64,000 nucleotides of DNA. Origin: Octopus sinensis (Eukaryota). Numbering within the stretch: position 1 is the stretch's first letter; each line of letters starts with the position of its first letter. Of the stretch, positions 12,156-25,301 are shown piece by piece. The position numbers and the translations under genes were made by a program. The notes beneath the pieces were generated by a model. It did no database searches and had not been told where the DNA came from. It saw only the letters and a program-made list of their open reading frames with translations. The DNA is taken from NCBI RefSeq assembly GCF_006345805.1, contig NC_043019.1, positions 12,523,360 through 12,587,359 on the forward strand, read 5' to 3'.

Positions 12156-12685
12156 TAACCATCCCATTTTGTTTCTGTTTTTTTTTTTTTGCTTACTTAA
12201 TCTGCCTGTTGACTATATTATTAGGCAATATGTCCTTTTTTTTTTTTACCTTAAAGATAGTAATGTATAGTTTTGAGGAGATTGAACTGCTATTTCTAGC
12301 AGGTTGAATTGTGGTGTGTAGGTAATGCGCTGAAAAAATTGTTTGATCTACATTCTTTTTATTGGTTATCCATTTTTTATATTGCGGAGTTTATGGTCCT
12401 AAAATGTTGGGACTTCAATAGGCACAAGAGCTGTTTTATAGATCGGCATATATAGGTGCAGACATGGCCGTTTGGTTAAGAAGCTTGCTTGCAACCACAT
12501 GGTTTCAAGTTCAGTCCCACCGTACGGCACCATGGGCAAATAACTTCGTAAATATAAACTTTTCTCAAAAACTCTGAGAGTAAAAGATGTTTTATATGAC
12601 ACATTCTACCAGTATACGAAGTTTGAAAGTGTTTAGTTACAAAAAAATATTTTCTAAATCTGCCGGTCAGAAGGTAAAGATCCCA

Positions 12686-13107
12686 AATGTCTTGTTTACA
12701 TAAGCTTTGAATTAAAATCTTCCACCAAACCTTAGTTATAATTTATGTTCCTAACACTAGCTTAATGATGACTAAGTTATTTTACTAAATTCTTTGTTAT
12801 AGTTAAAATTAATTAAAACAAACACAGAGTATCTCAATAGAAATAAGGTAACAAAAGGGTTAAAGTCACCATGATATTTTTAACTCTTTTGATAACCACC
12901 CAGCTGAAACCGCCTCTGGCTCTGAATACAAATGTCTTGTTTTCATAAGTTTTGAATTAAAATCTTCCACCGAACCTTAGTCACAATTAATGTTCCTAAC
13001 ACTAGCTTAATGATAACAAAGTTATTTTACTAAATTCTTTGTTATATTTAAAGTAATTGAAAGAAACACAGAGCATCTCAAAATAAATACAGTAAGGAAA
13101 GGGTTAA
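12686..13107 (+). mobile_element. piggyBac-like MITE, one truncated plus one full copy in tandem
   Basis: TTAA|CTCTTTTGATA...GGAAAGGG|TTAA at 12884-13103; a preceding partial copy ends AAAAGGG|TTAA at 12859; same family as 51291-51512. Confidence 0.75.
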
Positions 13108-14679
13108 TATGGTGTAGTCATCATCATCGTTTAACGTCCACTTTCCTTACTAGCATGGTTTGGATGATTTTGACTGAGGGCTGGCGAACCAGATGGCTGC
13201 ACCAGGCTCCAATCTTTATCTGGCAGAATTTCTACAGCTGGATGCCCTTCCTAATGCCAACCACTCCGAGAGTGTAGTGGGTGCTTTTTACGTGCCACCA
13301 GCACGGGGGCCAGTCAGGCGGTACTGGCAATGACCTCGCTCGAATCTTTTTACACATGCTACCGGCACAGGTGCCAGTAAGGCGACGTTGGTAGTGTAGA
13401 AATGTGTTCTCCAACATGGTCACAACTCCTGAGCTGAAGCACGTAAAAGAATACCATGTGATGTGTGTGTAGTAATATAATAGCATATATATGTTTGTGT
13501 GTGAGAGAGAGAGAGAGAGACTAACTCATGCTTTGTGCTAGGATGAGCTAGACAGTTTGTCAGGATCAAATGAGTTGTGTGACTGCATTGTGTCCCCAAT
13601 ATCTGCTTTGGCTTGGTTTCATGTTCCTTCTGGTGTTAGCCTACTTAACACCATGTACAGGGTGCGTCTTTTATTTATTTTTTTTGTCTCTTTGTTTTTT
13701 TTCATTGTGGCATCACCACTTGTGAAGTTGTCATGCAGCTTGCAAAACCGCAGAACCTGAGAGAATTTGACTTTATGCAAGGAAAGGAGGGTGTTAAAGT
13801 ATGAGAAACGGGATCAGAGAAGAACAGAGATTTTTCTTGATGTAGAGGAGTAGAGGAGCTACACAGCTGGTATATATATATGTGCGTGTATGCATATTAG
13901 AATAGATATATGTATTTCGCTGTGTCGTAAGTTGCTTGCTTACAAACCACATGGTTCCGGGTTCAATCCAACTGCGTGGCACCTTGGGCCGACCAAAGCC
14001 TTGTGAGTGGATTTGGTAGACGGAAACTGAAAGAAGCCCGTCGTATATATGTATATGTGTATGTGTATGTGTATATGTTTGTGTGTCTGTGTTTGTCCCC
14101 CCAACATCGCTTGACAACCGATGCCGGTGTGTTTACGTCTCCGTAACTTAGCGGTTCGGCAAAAGAGACCGATAGAATAAGTACTAGGCTTACAAAGTAT
14201 AAGTCCTGGGGTCGATTTGCTCGACTAAAAAGGCGGTGCTCCAGCATGGCCACAGTCAAATGACTGAAACAAATAAAAGAGTAAGAGCATATATATATAT
14301 ATATCCATCTATCTATCTATCTATCATCTCTCTCTCTCTCACTTTATAGACACACACACACACATATATATAAAATCATCATCATTTAATGTCTGCCTTC
14401 CATGCTGGCATTGGTGGGACAGTTTGACAAGAGCCAGCCTGGAAGATGCCTGGACGAGACTGCTGTAACTGTCTTGGCAGGATTTTTACAGTTGGGTGCC
14501 CTTCCTAACACCAACCCCTCAGCAGAGTTGACTTAGTGCTTTCTATGTGGCACAGGCAAGGCATGGCACAGTGAACCATATGTCTGGAAGAGAAGCACAC
14601 TTTAAAAGTTAAATATTGGAGTCTGACGACTTGCCTACAAAGCTAAGCACTTTGTGGATGCAAAACCATTGGTCAAATA

Positions 14680-14846
14680 TCTATCTGTCTGTCTGTCTGT
14701 TTTCTGTCTGTCTGTCTATCTATCTGTCTATCTAACTGTCTGTCTATCTGTCTGTCTGTCTATCTGTCTGTCTATCTAACTGTCTATCTATCTGTCTAAC
14801 TGTCTGTATCTATCTATCTATCTGTCTGTCTGTCTGTCTGTCTGCC

Positions 14847-14880
<34 letters not shown>

Positions 14881-15064
14881 ACTGTCTGTCTGTCTAACTG
14901 TCTGTCTGTCTATCTATCTGTCTAACTGTCTGTCTATCTATCTGTCCGTCTGTCTATCAAACTGTCTGTCTATCTAACTGTCTGTCTATCTGTCTATCTA
15001 ACTGTCTGTCTATCTATCTGTCTAATTGTCTGTCTATCTGCCTATCTGTCTGCCTGTCTGTCTA

Positions 15065-15113
<49 letters not shown>

Positions 15114-15115
15114 GT
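14680..15115. repeat. Compound (TCTG/TCTA)n tetranucleotide array
   Basis: Read directly from the sequence. Confidence 0.95.
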
Positions 15116-15669
15116 GTATATATATATATTTAAATTAGTAATTTCTCTGTGTCCATATGCTGTGGTACAATGCTGCGATGTAATATGGTGTGTTGTCTAC
15201 TGAGATGCAGATGCAGTCTAAGGCACTGTGGTGCATAGCACACTGTAATTAACACACACACACACACGTACACACACATATTTGTCTTGCGTCCATCTGC
15301 TAATTTAATGTCATCACAATCTACTATGTCGATAACAGTTAGAATATTGCAATGCTTTTGTTTAGCTGAGGAATTAACAAATGACAGGCGCATATCTCTC
15401 TCGTAATTAACTCTTCCTCTTTCTGCCACTCTCTCTCCCTCTCTCTCTTCATACACACACATATGCATGTAGGTTGATATGTGTGACTCAAAGCTGACCT
15501 TTTGTTACAATAAAATAGAGTGGCTGTGTGTGGTAAAGTAGCTTGCTTACGGACTACATGGTTCCGGGTTCAGTCCCACTGCATGGCACTTTGGGCAAGT
15601 GTCTTCTGCTATAGCCTCGGGCCAACCAAAGCCTTGTGAGTGGATTTGGCAGACGGAAACTGGAAGAAG

Positions 15670-15680
15670 CCCGTCGTATA

Positions 15681-15716
<36 letters not shown>

Positions 15717-15764
15717 TGTATGTATGTATGTATGTATGTATGTATGTATGTATGTATGTATGTA

Positions 15765-15810
<46 letters not shown>

Positions 15811-15985
15811 GTGTGTGTGTGTGTGTGTGTATATGTATGTGTGTATGTGTGTGTATGTATATGTATGTATGTATATGTATGTATGTATATGTATGTATGT
15901 ATATGTATGTATGTATATGTATGTATGTATATGTATGTATGTATATGTATGTATGTATATGTATGTATATATATGTATGTATGTT
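15670..15985. repeat. (TATG)n/(TG)n microsatellite inside a family A SINE
   Basis: Follows the SINE head ...GAAGAAGCCCGTCG; explains the YVCM-type ORFs. Confidence 0.95.
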
Positions 15986-16116
15986 CAGCTGAAATTGCGA
16001 GGATGATCCGGTTCTTGACTGAAGATTGAAGGCTTCAAATGTCCCGACCGTGATTTTTGTATCGTCTTCTAAATGTTTTACGTTCTTGTCCCAGTTTGTA
16101 TTTTTCTACATATAAC

Positions 16117-16148
<32 letters not shown>

Positions 16149-16999
16149 ATGTGTATGTTTGTGTATCTGTGTTTGTCCCTCCAACATTGCTTGACTACAT
16201 GGTTCCGGGTTCAGTCTAAATTCTTCATCCAGTTTCAAAAATTAATTGAAACAAAAGCAATGTATTTCAAATGAAATTTGGTCAGAAAGGGGTTAAATAT
16301 TGTCTGACACCATCAGTCCGTGTTCTGTAATTTATGTGAGACTGCCCTCTGGTTCTATGATTCAAACTTCCTGTTTGAAAGTGATTTAAATTGTATGACC
16401 TCTTACCCCCATCTTCAGGAAGGAAATTTGGAGCAAGAATCTAATGGAATTCTCAACAATTCTGTTAAGTGCAGGCAGATATCATTCAGATTAGAAACAA
16501 CAGCTTTCATTTTGACCACAAACGTGTTAGAATGAAGAGCTGCCTTTTGTTATTTTTTTTCCTGCTGTGTAATTCCGTGATAGCTGGTGATAACTTCATC
16601 ACGTTTCCTGGTGATTCTTGAAAAGTGGAGTAAACTCTAAGCTGTTGCTCACCATGACCACCACCACCAGCACCACTGTCCTATTAGTAGTCAGAGATAT
16701 TATACATTGAACAGAGGACTGTTAAACATTTCAATGGTTTCTCCGACATATTTCAAAATATCTTCTCGTTTGCTTTCTCTCCTTTCAAAGGATACAGAAT
16801 GAAACAAACAATTATTGATGTTATAAGTGGAAATGCTGTGCTGTACAACGTCATGAATATCTATTCTTTCATCAACTGCGTGTGCAGTCGCTGCTATTTC
16901 CTATCCCTTGGGGAAGTAAGCTACGCATCTGCATTCATAAAGCACAATGATAAACAAGTTGCAAAATTGCAGTATCAGCTGTTGCTGTTGCTATTGAGC

Positions 17000-17360
17000 G
17001 AATGGTCTTTGTCCCAGAGCTCGCAAGACGGGAGAAGTCTGAAACGTGTTTCTTTGCTATTCGTAAGACCCGCAGAAGAGAAAGCAGGTCAACTCCCGAC
17101 ACCGAGACCATCGATGAATGGATGAATGCGCATCCAGGCTCAGCGGTTGCGTAGGAAGTCGGGGACAAGAAACAGGAAGATTGAGAGAAAGTTGGAGCGA
17201 AAGAGTACAACAGGGGTCGCCACCACCTCCTGCCAGAGCCTCGTGGAGCTTAAGGTGTTTTCGCTCAATAAACACACACAACGCCCGGTCTGAGAATCGA
17301 AACCGCGATCCTCCGACCGCAAGTCCGCTGCCCTAACCATTGGGCCATTGCGCCTCCACT
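17000..17360 (-). mobile_element. SINE with family C head and a different 3' region
   Basis: Reverse complement of the GTGGAGGCGCAATGGCCCAATGGTTAGGGCAGCGG head at 17360; diverges from 3362/6003 after ...CTTTCTCTCAATCTTCCTG. Confidence 0.75.
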
Positions 17361-17877
17361 GCAGTATCAGCTGAGAGAGAAACTGCTTTGTTGGATGTTG
17401 AGCAGTTTTTTTGTGTTTTTGTTCCATTTGGTCCACTAGTTCCTCAACAAGAACTTTAAGAGTCTTTCGTGATGGGTTACATGTCAGAGTACAACTTTGC
17501 TTTGGCAACTATCTCCAGAATCTTAAATAAAATGATGTACATGTCGATAGTTTGCTCCATCCTGAAAGAGACCATTATCTGCTTCTGTGTTATTTTTGCA
17601 GACCTTATCCTTGCAATATAAGCTGCAACCTGAAGTGGGCACTTCTCCTTGTACACCCTTGTGTTGTGAGTTTTGCGTAGAAATGCTCACTAAAGGTTGC
17701 TCCTCGTCATAGCAGTCGAGGTGTACATTACAAAACATTACAAAAATGCTTTAGCTACAATAGAAAACGTTGCTGTATATATGTAAGAGACTGGATTAAA
17801 ATTAGCCTATAATGGTGAGTGTTAGGTACACTCTAATTTCAGCAGTGTATATTGAGAATAAATTTTTAGTGTATTAA

Positions 17878-18097
17878 TCCTTTAGCATTTAAACTGGTCG
17901 TATCTGGCATAAGTGTTCTGTCTGTTTTATGTTCAAACCAGCCATATCCAGCCTCTCACACTTATCCTGCGTTATCATTATAATGAGGAACAAACACCTC
18001 GTCAAAATCTGAAAGCCACGAGATAATGCATGATTAATTAAAAGCAAAGTGAATAAATAACGATAATATTTGTCGGAGTGATCTGAATGTTAAAGGT
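17878..18097 (+). mobile_element. piggyBac-like MITE (second family, degenerate)
   Basis: TTAA|TCCTTTAGCATT ... AATGTTAAAGGT|TTAA imperfect TIRs with TTAA on both sides. Confidence 0.6.
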
Positions 18098-19707
18098 TTA
18101 AAGCCTGTAATATTTCAAGCAGTCGAGCAGTTTGTTACAAAGCTTTACAAAAATGTTTTAGCCATGGCAGAAAACAACTGTATATCTGTGAAAGAGACTG
18201 TCTAGATTAAAATTAGTCTATTGCAGTGAGTGAGTGGCTGTGTGGTAAGTAGCTTGCTTACCAACCACATGGTTCCGGGTTCAGTCCCACTGCGTGGCAC
18301 CTTGGGCAAGTGTCTTCTACCATAGCCTCGGGCCGACCAAAGCCTTGTGAATGGATTTTGTAGACAGAAACTAAAAGAAGCCCGTCATATATATGTATAT
18401 ATATATATGTATGTGTGTGTGTTTGTGTGTCTGTTTTTGTCCCCCCCAACATCGCTTGACAACCGACACTGGTGTGTTTACGTCCCTGTAACTTAGCAGT
18501 TCAACAAAAGAGATCCATAGAATAAGTACTAGGCTTACAAAGAATAAGTCCTGGGGTCGATTTGTTCGACTAAAGGTGGTGCTCCAGCATGGCCACAGTC
18601 AAATGGCTGAAACAAGTAAAAGAGTTATAGGAAGCACAACTTGACATAAGATTTTTTTGTAACATTTTTTTTCAAATATTTAAAATTGCTTCTTCTATGC
18701 CATCAAATATGGTAATAGTTTGGCATCACATTTAGTTGTGCTTATATTCTACCTTCTTAATTTTACAGTTGTATCATTTTCGAAACATCTTAAAAAAATT
18801 CAGAGGGACTCTCAGACTTTGTAAGAGAAGTGAGCCGCAGGCATAAGCACTTCCTTGCTTCAATGCATACCTGATTGTCGATAGACTGTTGTAATGTAAA
18901 ACATGCCCTGTCTGCAAGCTGTAAGTCATGACTACAAAATTGGCTCAGTGTCAACGCTTGATGCAGCAGGGCTGCGGAAACACTCAGTAAAGAAACTTGT
19001 GTGAGAACAAATAAATACAAACTAATATTCAACCGTACGACACAACTCCTCTAATAAAATCAATAGGATTAAAATTTATGATCAGGTCATCTATAATGTA
19101 TTTTAGGAGCCAGATCTTCTGTCTGCACTTTTAGCTCGTCAGGCTGTATGTGGCCAGAGAAGTTCGGTTGGTGGAGCACTAGCCTAAAGGCTTATAGTAC
19201 TCATCATCATCATCGTTGTCGTTTAACGTCCGCTTTCCATGCCAGCATGGGTTGGACGATTTTGACTGAGGGCTGGTGAACCAGATGGCTGCACCAGGCT
19301 TCAATCTTGATCTGGTAGGGTTTCTCCAGGTGGATGCCCTTCCTAATGCCAACCACTCCAAGAGTGTAGTGGGTGCTTTTACGTGCCACTGGCATGGGCC
19401 AGTCAGGCAGTACTGGCAATGCGTTATAGTACTAGTTGTCGTTGTCATGTTCACTTTTATATGCTTCCATGGGTTGAATGGAATTCACTGAGGCAGATTT
19501 TCTCTGGCTGGGAGCCTTTCCTGTTGCCAGCCCTTACCTGTTTCCAATCCAGGTAATATTTCCCCATGGGCCAGGCATATTTTTCATGGAATACTTCAAA
19601 TGAACAACACTGCTTGTATGACGATGGTACTCATTTACAGCCATGACATGATGTCAAGACAAGGGTGTATATACACACACATACATGCACACACAACCAC
19701 ATATATA

Positions 19708-19920
19708 CGAGGGGGTGCTGAAAAGTTCTTGGCTTTAAGGATATCGTGAAAGGCCTGGTTGAAGACCCAACCTTCTGAGTTCTTTTACAGGGCTTAGGAA
19801 AACTGAAGGACCACTGCAACAAGTGTGTGAATCTGAGAGGGAAATATGTTGATTAAAATCATAATTCATCCTCCTGTATTTTCTTTTACCCAAAGCCAGG
19901 AACTTTTCAACACACCCTCA
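19708..19920 (+). mobile_element. mariner-derived MITE
   Basis: TA|CGAGGGGGTGCTGAAAAGTTCTTGGCTTT ... AAAGCCAGGAACTTTTCAACACACCCTCA|TA TIRs with TA TSD; interior resembles a mariner transposase C-terminus. Confidence 0.85.
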
Positions 19921-20614
19921 TACATGATGGGCTTCTTTCAGTTTTTATCTATCAAATCCACTCAAAACTTTGGTTGCCCTGGGGCTATAGTAAAAGAAAT
20001 TTGCCCAAGGTACTATGTAGTGGGACTGAACCGGAGACCCTGTGATTGGGAAGTGAGCTTTTTAACCACACATCCACGCTTGTGCCTATATGTTAACAAT
20101 TATTTCCAGTTTAGGCATAAAACTAGTAATTTTGCGGGGAGGAGATTTGTTGATGACATCAGTCCCAGAACATGGGTGGTACTTTATTATTTTGTACTAA
20201 TCTTTACTATGGAGTATATCAATAGATTTTGAGAGTTATAGACACCTGTCATGTTTACAATTCCTCTTTTACTGCCTATGCAGTCATTCTGTAATGAACA
20301 TGTCAGGTATTTACAACTGTTTTATGAATTACCACCACCAGCAGTACCAGAATCATTGTCTTTATGCCAGTTTTTCGATGCTGGCATGGGTTATATGAGT
20401 CATCATTGTCTGAGTCTTATTTGGAGTTACTATATATACTTGTGGGTAAGTCACAACCTTTCTTGGGGTTGCCAAAGTAGGTATTTGTAGTTGACTCACA
20501 GATAGGTTGCACTGTGATATAGGGAGTCACATGGCTCTATTTTAATGTAAATTTAACTAAGATTTCTTAAGTATTATCAGATATTCACCTCTATTTCAAA
20601 AATTTGCTTACAAA

Positions 20615-21002
20615 TCTGTATATATAAAGCTGAAGTTGTCTGTGTATGGCAGGTTTGGTAGCCTTCAACTAACACTATCTCCTCTGAGACCCTGCGGCAC
20701 AAGTTGACCAAAATTGAGAGTGATAGAAGAAGGCTTGCTCTTCCTTCCGTAGAAGAAAAAATTCAAATCGGACCTTGTTAACACCAAAAATTATTTACAT
20801 CAAAAAGGTGCTTTTTTTCTCTGAAAATCCCTATTTTTTACGATTTTTTGACTGCTGTGTCGCCATTTTTCGGTGTATTTCAACCAGAAAAATGTTCGCT
20901 TAAAGAGAATAACAAGCTACATAATTCAAAATTTTTACTTTTCAAAAATTCCAATTCTAAAGGGTCGAAACAAACCCAAGCAACGCCGGGCAATACTGCT
21001 AG
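20615..21002 (+). mobile_element. Non-autonomous Helitron (388 bp)
   Basis: A|TCTGTATATATAAAG ... AAACCCAAGCAACGCCGGGCAATACTGCTAG|T. Confidence 0.8.
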
Positions 21003-21324
21003 TATTAAAATATTTTTGTAGAAGTGACATTATAAAAGTACTATAATTCATATATCAACTCTACAGAAAAAAAATCAATAAGTATCTACTTGACAAGAAA
21101 AATGTCTAGAATTACAAACAACAGAAGAAAATGTTATAAGAAAAGTGTTTATTCATTTTTTCTTATAGTTATTAAACTTCATCAGAATTGAAACTCAAAA
21201 ATTCTTCTTCATTATCATCAGATCTGTTTCCATGTTCTTCTGCATAATCCACCACTTCCAACTTAAAACCTACTAAATAACTCTTTCTTTTATTCATGAT
21301 TTTATTAATTTTTTTATTTGTTCC

Positions 21325-21618
21325 TTCTCAAGCCGTCCCTGGCTCATAAGGGCCGGTTTCCTGATTTCCTTGGCGTATAGGTTCCCCACCTGGACAGGAC
21401 GCCAGTCCGTCGCAGGTGAGCTGCAAGATGCAGGAGGAAAGAGCGAGAGAAAGTTGTGGCAAAAGAGTCAGCAGAAGTTCACCATTACCTTCTGCCGCAG
21501 CCACGTGGAGCTGAGGTATTCCGCTCACAAGCACACACATTGCCCGGTCTGAGATTCGAACCCATGATCCCTCGACCGTGAGTCCGCTGCTCTAACCACT
21601 AGGCCATGTACCTCCACT
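21325..21618 (-). mobile_element. SINE with family-C-like head and V-domain-like body
   Basis: tRNA-like head at 21560-21618; CTGGACAGGACGCCAGTCCGTCGCAGG at 21390-21416. Confidence 0.7.
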
Positions 21619-21738
21619 ACTCATGATTAGGGTTTGCAATTATTAAAATTTTAAAATTAAAAATTGGAATGAATCGATATTGTCAAAAAGACCAATACAC
21701 AGACTTCCGGTTTCCTGGTAAACAGACACCACAAAAAT

Positions 21739-22190
21739 GTTTCCATAACAACTTGAAAACTGAAAAGCCCAGGCCCAGAGTGCACACTGCCTGGATTACT
21801 GATATGCCACCGTCAGCTTCAGCTCTCTATGATGTCAAGTGAATAGGTCACACCCTTGATTTTTAGTGAAAGTTTTGGTAAAAAAAATTTGTTTCCATAA
21901 CAACTTGAAAACTGAAAAGCCCAGGCCAGGGTGCACGCTGCCTGGACTACTGATATGCCACCTTCAGCTTCAGATCTCTATGATGTCAAGTGAATAGGTC
22001 ACACCCTTGATTTTTATTGAAATTTTTGGTAAAAAAAATTTGTTTCTGTAACAACTTGAAAACTGAAAAGCCCAGGCCCAAGGTGCACGCTGCCTGGACT
22101 ACTGATATGCCACCGTCAGCTTCAGATCCCTATGATGTCAAGTGAATAGGTCACACCCCTGATTTTTTATCAAAATTTTTGGTAAAAAAA
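21739..22190. repeat. Tandem repeat, 3 x ~151 bp
   Basis: GTTTCCATAACAACTTGAAAACTGAAAAGCCCAGG units start at 21739, 21891 and 22042. Confidence 0.9.
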
Positions 22191-23547
22191 GTGTGACCTT
22201 TCCACAAGTATATGTAGTACTGTCGTCCTTGACAAATCAGGGACCAAGTCTCACTTGTCCATTCCATCTGTGGTATGAGTGTTACAGCTGGATCATGCCC
22301 TTCCTAATGCAGACCCCTTTCCAAGAATGCACTGGTTACATTTTATTATGGTGCCAATATGTAGTAAAGGATGGTCAGAAAGGAACAAAGAATAAATTCT
22401 CGATGAAGGAAACGGTAGATTAAATCAACTCCAGTTTTTGGTTGGTGTTTACATCATTAACCGCAGAAAGTAGACGGATGTAATGAAAATAGCACAAAGT
22501 ATTTCTGTTCGATGCTCCACTGATTAGACAAACGTCATCACACAGATATGGTCAAAAATGTAGGCCATAAGCATTAAAGTTCTCTGAAGATCAGACAATG
22601 GGTGGGGGTCACGTGACGTAGATAATTAATAACTGTTTAGTCAATTAAAAGTGTTGTGGGGTGGGGTGGGGGAAGAGTTATTGGAAGATTAAGTCAGTGA
22701 CTGGTGCTTTGTTTATTCATACCTCCTACTTCTCCCCCCCCCATCACCAGTTGATCGGTAAACGAGAGTTGAAAGGTAGATGTGACCGCAACAGGATTTG
22801 ATTCAAAGTAAAGTGAGATTAGAATAAAATAAAAACCCCCGTAAGGCATCATTGCTGTCATCATCATCATCGTAATCGTCATTATCATCATCATCATCAT
22901 TGTCGTCATCGTACATGTGTTTTCCACGCTGGCATGGTTTAACGGGATCCAGCGAACCGTGGGACTGCGTCACGCTCCAGGGTTAGCTTCGGTATGTGTT
23001 CTGTGGTTGGATGCCCCTTTTGTAACACCAGTCGCTCTACAGTGCGTCTCGAGTGCCTTTTCTATGTGCCACCAGGACTAGTTACTTGTAAGACAGGAAA
23101 AGAACAAGGAAAGAAACCCTTACAGATACAACGAAATGGCAGGCAATAGTATTAAGTGATTGAGTTTGATGTTAAATTGCCCTCATATAGGACTTTGACA
23201 GAAAACAAACATTTCTATATATACATATATATATGTATATATAGTAATTATTATTTGAGGGAATAAAATCCAAACTTACAAGAAAAAAGAATTCAATTTA
23301 GAAATACTAAATCAAATTCCACACAATATAATATTACTCTTTACTCTTTTACTTGTTTCAGTCATTTGACTGTGGCCATGCTGGAGCACCGCCTTTTTAA
23401 TCGACCCTGGGACTTATTCTTTTGTAAGCCCAGTACATATTCTATCGGTCTCTTTTGCCGAACCGCTAAGTTACGGGGACATAAACACACCAGCATCGGT
23501 TGTCAAGCAATGCTAGGGGGACAAACACAGACACACAAACACACACA

Positions 23548-23582
<35 letters not shown>

Positions 23583-23850
23583 AAACATGATGGGCTTCTT
23601 TCAGTTTCCGTCTACCAAATCCACTCATAAGGCTTTGGTCGGCCCGAGGCTATAGTAGAAGACACTTGCCCAAGGTGCCACGCAGTGGGACTGAACCCGG
23701 AACCATGTGGTTGGTAAACAAGCTACTTCCACACAGCCACTACTGCACCTATATATAATAATTATTATTTGAGGGAATAAAATCCAAACTTACAAGGAAA
23801 AAGAATTCAATTTAGAAATACTAAATTAAATTCCACACAATATAATATAT

Positions 23851-24114
23851 ATATAAAATATCAGAAAAAACCCACCTTTTATCAATTCAAAATGAATAAT
23901 TAAATTACACCATCTAGAAAATTACATATAATAGAAAAGTTAAAATTAAAATAACAATTAAAAAGTAAAGATTAAGTAAATTACAAAAATAATATAATGT
24001 ATATAATTGTTATTTTAATTTTAACTTTTCTATTATATGTAATTTTCTAGATGGTGTAATTTAATTATTCATTTTGAATTGATAAAAGGTGTTTTTTTTT
24101 CTTATATTTTATAT
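23851..24114. repeat. AT-rich inverted repeat (~115-bp arms)
   Basis: ATCAATTCAAAATGAATAATTAAATTACACCATCTAGAAAATTAC mirrored at 24030-24085. Confidence 0.85.
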
Positions 24115-24119
24115 ATATG

Positions 24120-24152
<33 letters not shown>

Positions 24153-25301
24153 CTTTGACTTATTTCAGTCATTTAACGTCCGTTGTCCATGCTGGCTCGG
24201 GTTGGACGGTTTGACTGGGCTGGCACACTGGAAGGCTGCGCCAGGATCCAGTGTAATTTGGCATGATTTTCTACAGTTGGATGTCCTTCCTAATGCCAAC
24301 AACTCCAAGAGTGTAATGGATGCTATTACGTGCCACCGGCATGGGTACCATTTGTGTGACACTAGTATCTGCCATGACTGCAATTTTGCTTGGTTTGATG
24401 GGTCTTCTTCTCAAGCACAACATAATGCCAAAGGTCTAGGTTGTTGCCTCCTTGAGGCCCAACACTCAAAAGGAGCTTGGCCATCACGCCTCTGTGAGGC
24501 CCACTCAAAAGGAACTCATCTGCCTCACCTCCTTGAGGCGTAAACATATTACCAATGAGATTTTTATTCACAAATATACATAACGTAAAAAGCAAGATAA
24601 ATTCTAAAGAAGACAAAGTAAAAAGTCCTTGTGGTTATCAATGGGTTTTGTGAGTTAACCTATTTAGAAAGAATAGCAAACATACCTTTATTTCTTGATC
24701 TATTAAACGGCTCTGTAATAGTGAATACAGAGAGAGAATGAGATTTGATCCTTTCTTCTTTTGTTAGGGATTGATACATTTGTAATGTATGTAGGTAGCA
24801 GGGGGTACAGTTTACCCTGTAACCCATGCTAAACTGACAATCCTTTTATTGTTTTGTGTGTGTGGAAGATGGTAAGCTGGTAGAATCGTTAACACATCAA
24901 GCAAAATGCTTAGGAGCATTTTGCCTGTCACATATTCTTTATTCTTCTACTTGTTTCAGTCATTTGACTGCGGCCATGCTGGAGCACCACCTTGAAGAGT
25001 TTAAGTTGAACAAATTGACCTCCCAGGACTTATTTTATTAAGTCTTATACTTATTCTATTGGTCTCTCTTTTGCCAAATCTCTAAGTACGAGGGTGTAAA
25101 CACACCAACACTTGTTGTCAAGCAGTGATGAGTGACAAACATGGGCACAAAGACACTCACACACACACACACATGTGTATATATATATATATATAAGTTC
25201 AGCAATATTTAAATTCAGATGAATATGGTACTTAAGTCAGAGGCACCAGAATTTTGTATGGTATTATCCATATAAATCCATGGGGTGATTATAATCAAAA
25301 T

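Noticed and set aside
16010-16060. CTGAAGA plus hairpin (and CTGAGGA at ~41836) as hammerheads
   Set aside because: No GAAA box or valid stem III/NUH follows; probably related Penelope-like fragments but not callable as ribozymes.
21739-22190. CRISPR-like or retrozyme array
   Set aside because: Eukaryotic context, no unique spacers, and no CUGANGA/GAAA core (only CTGAAGC on the minus strand).
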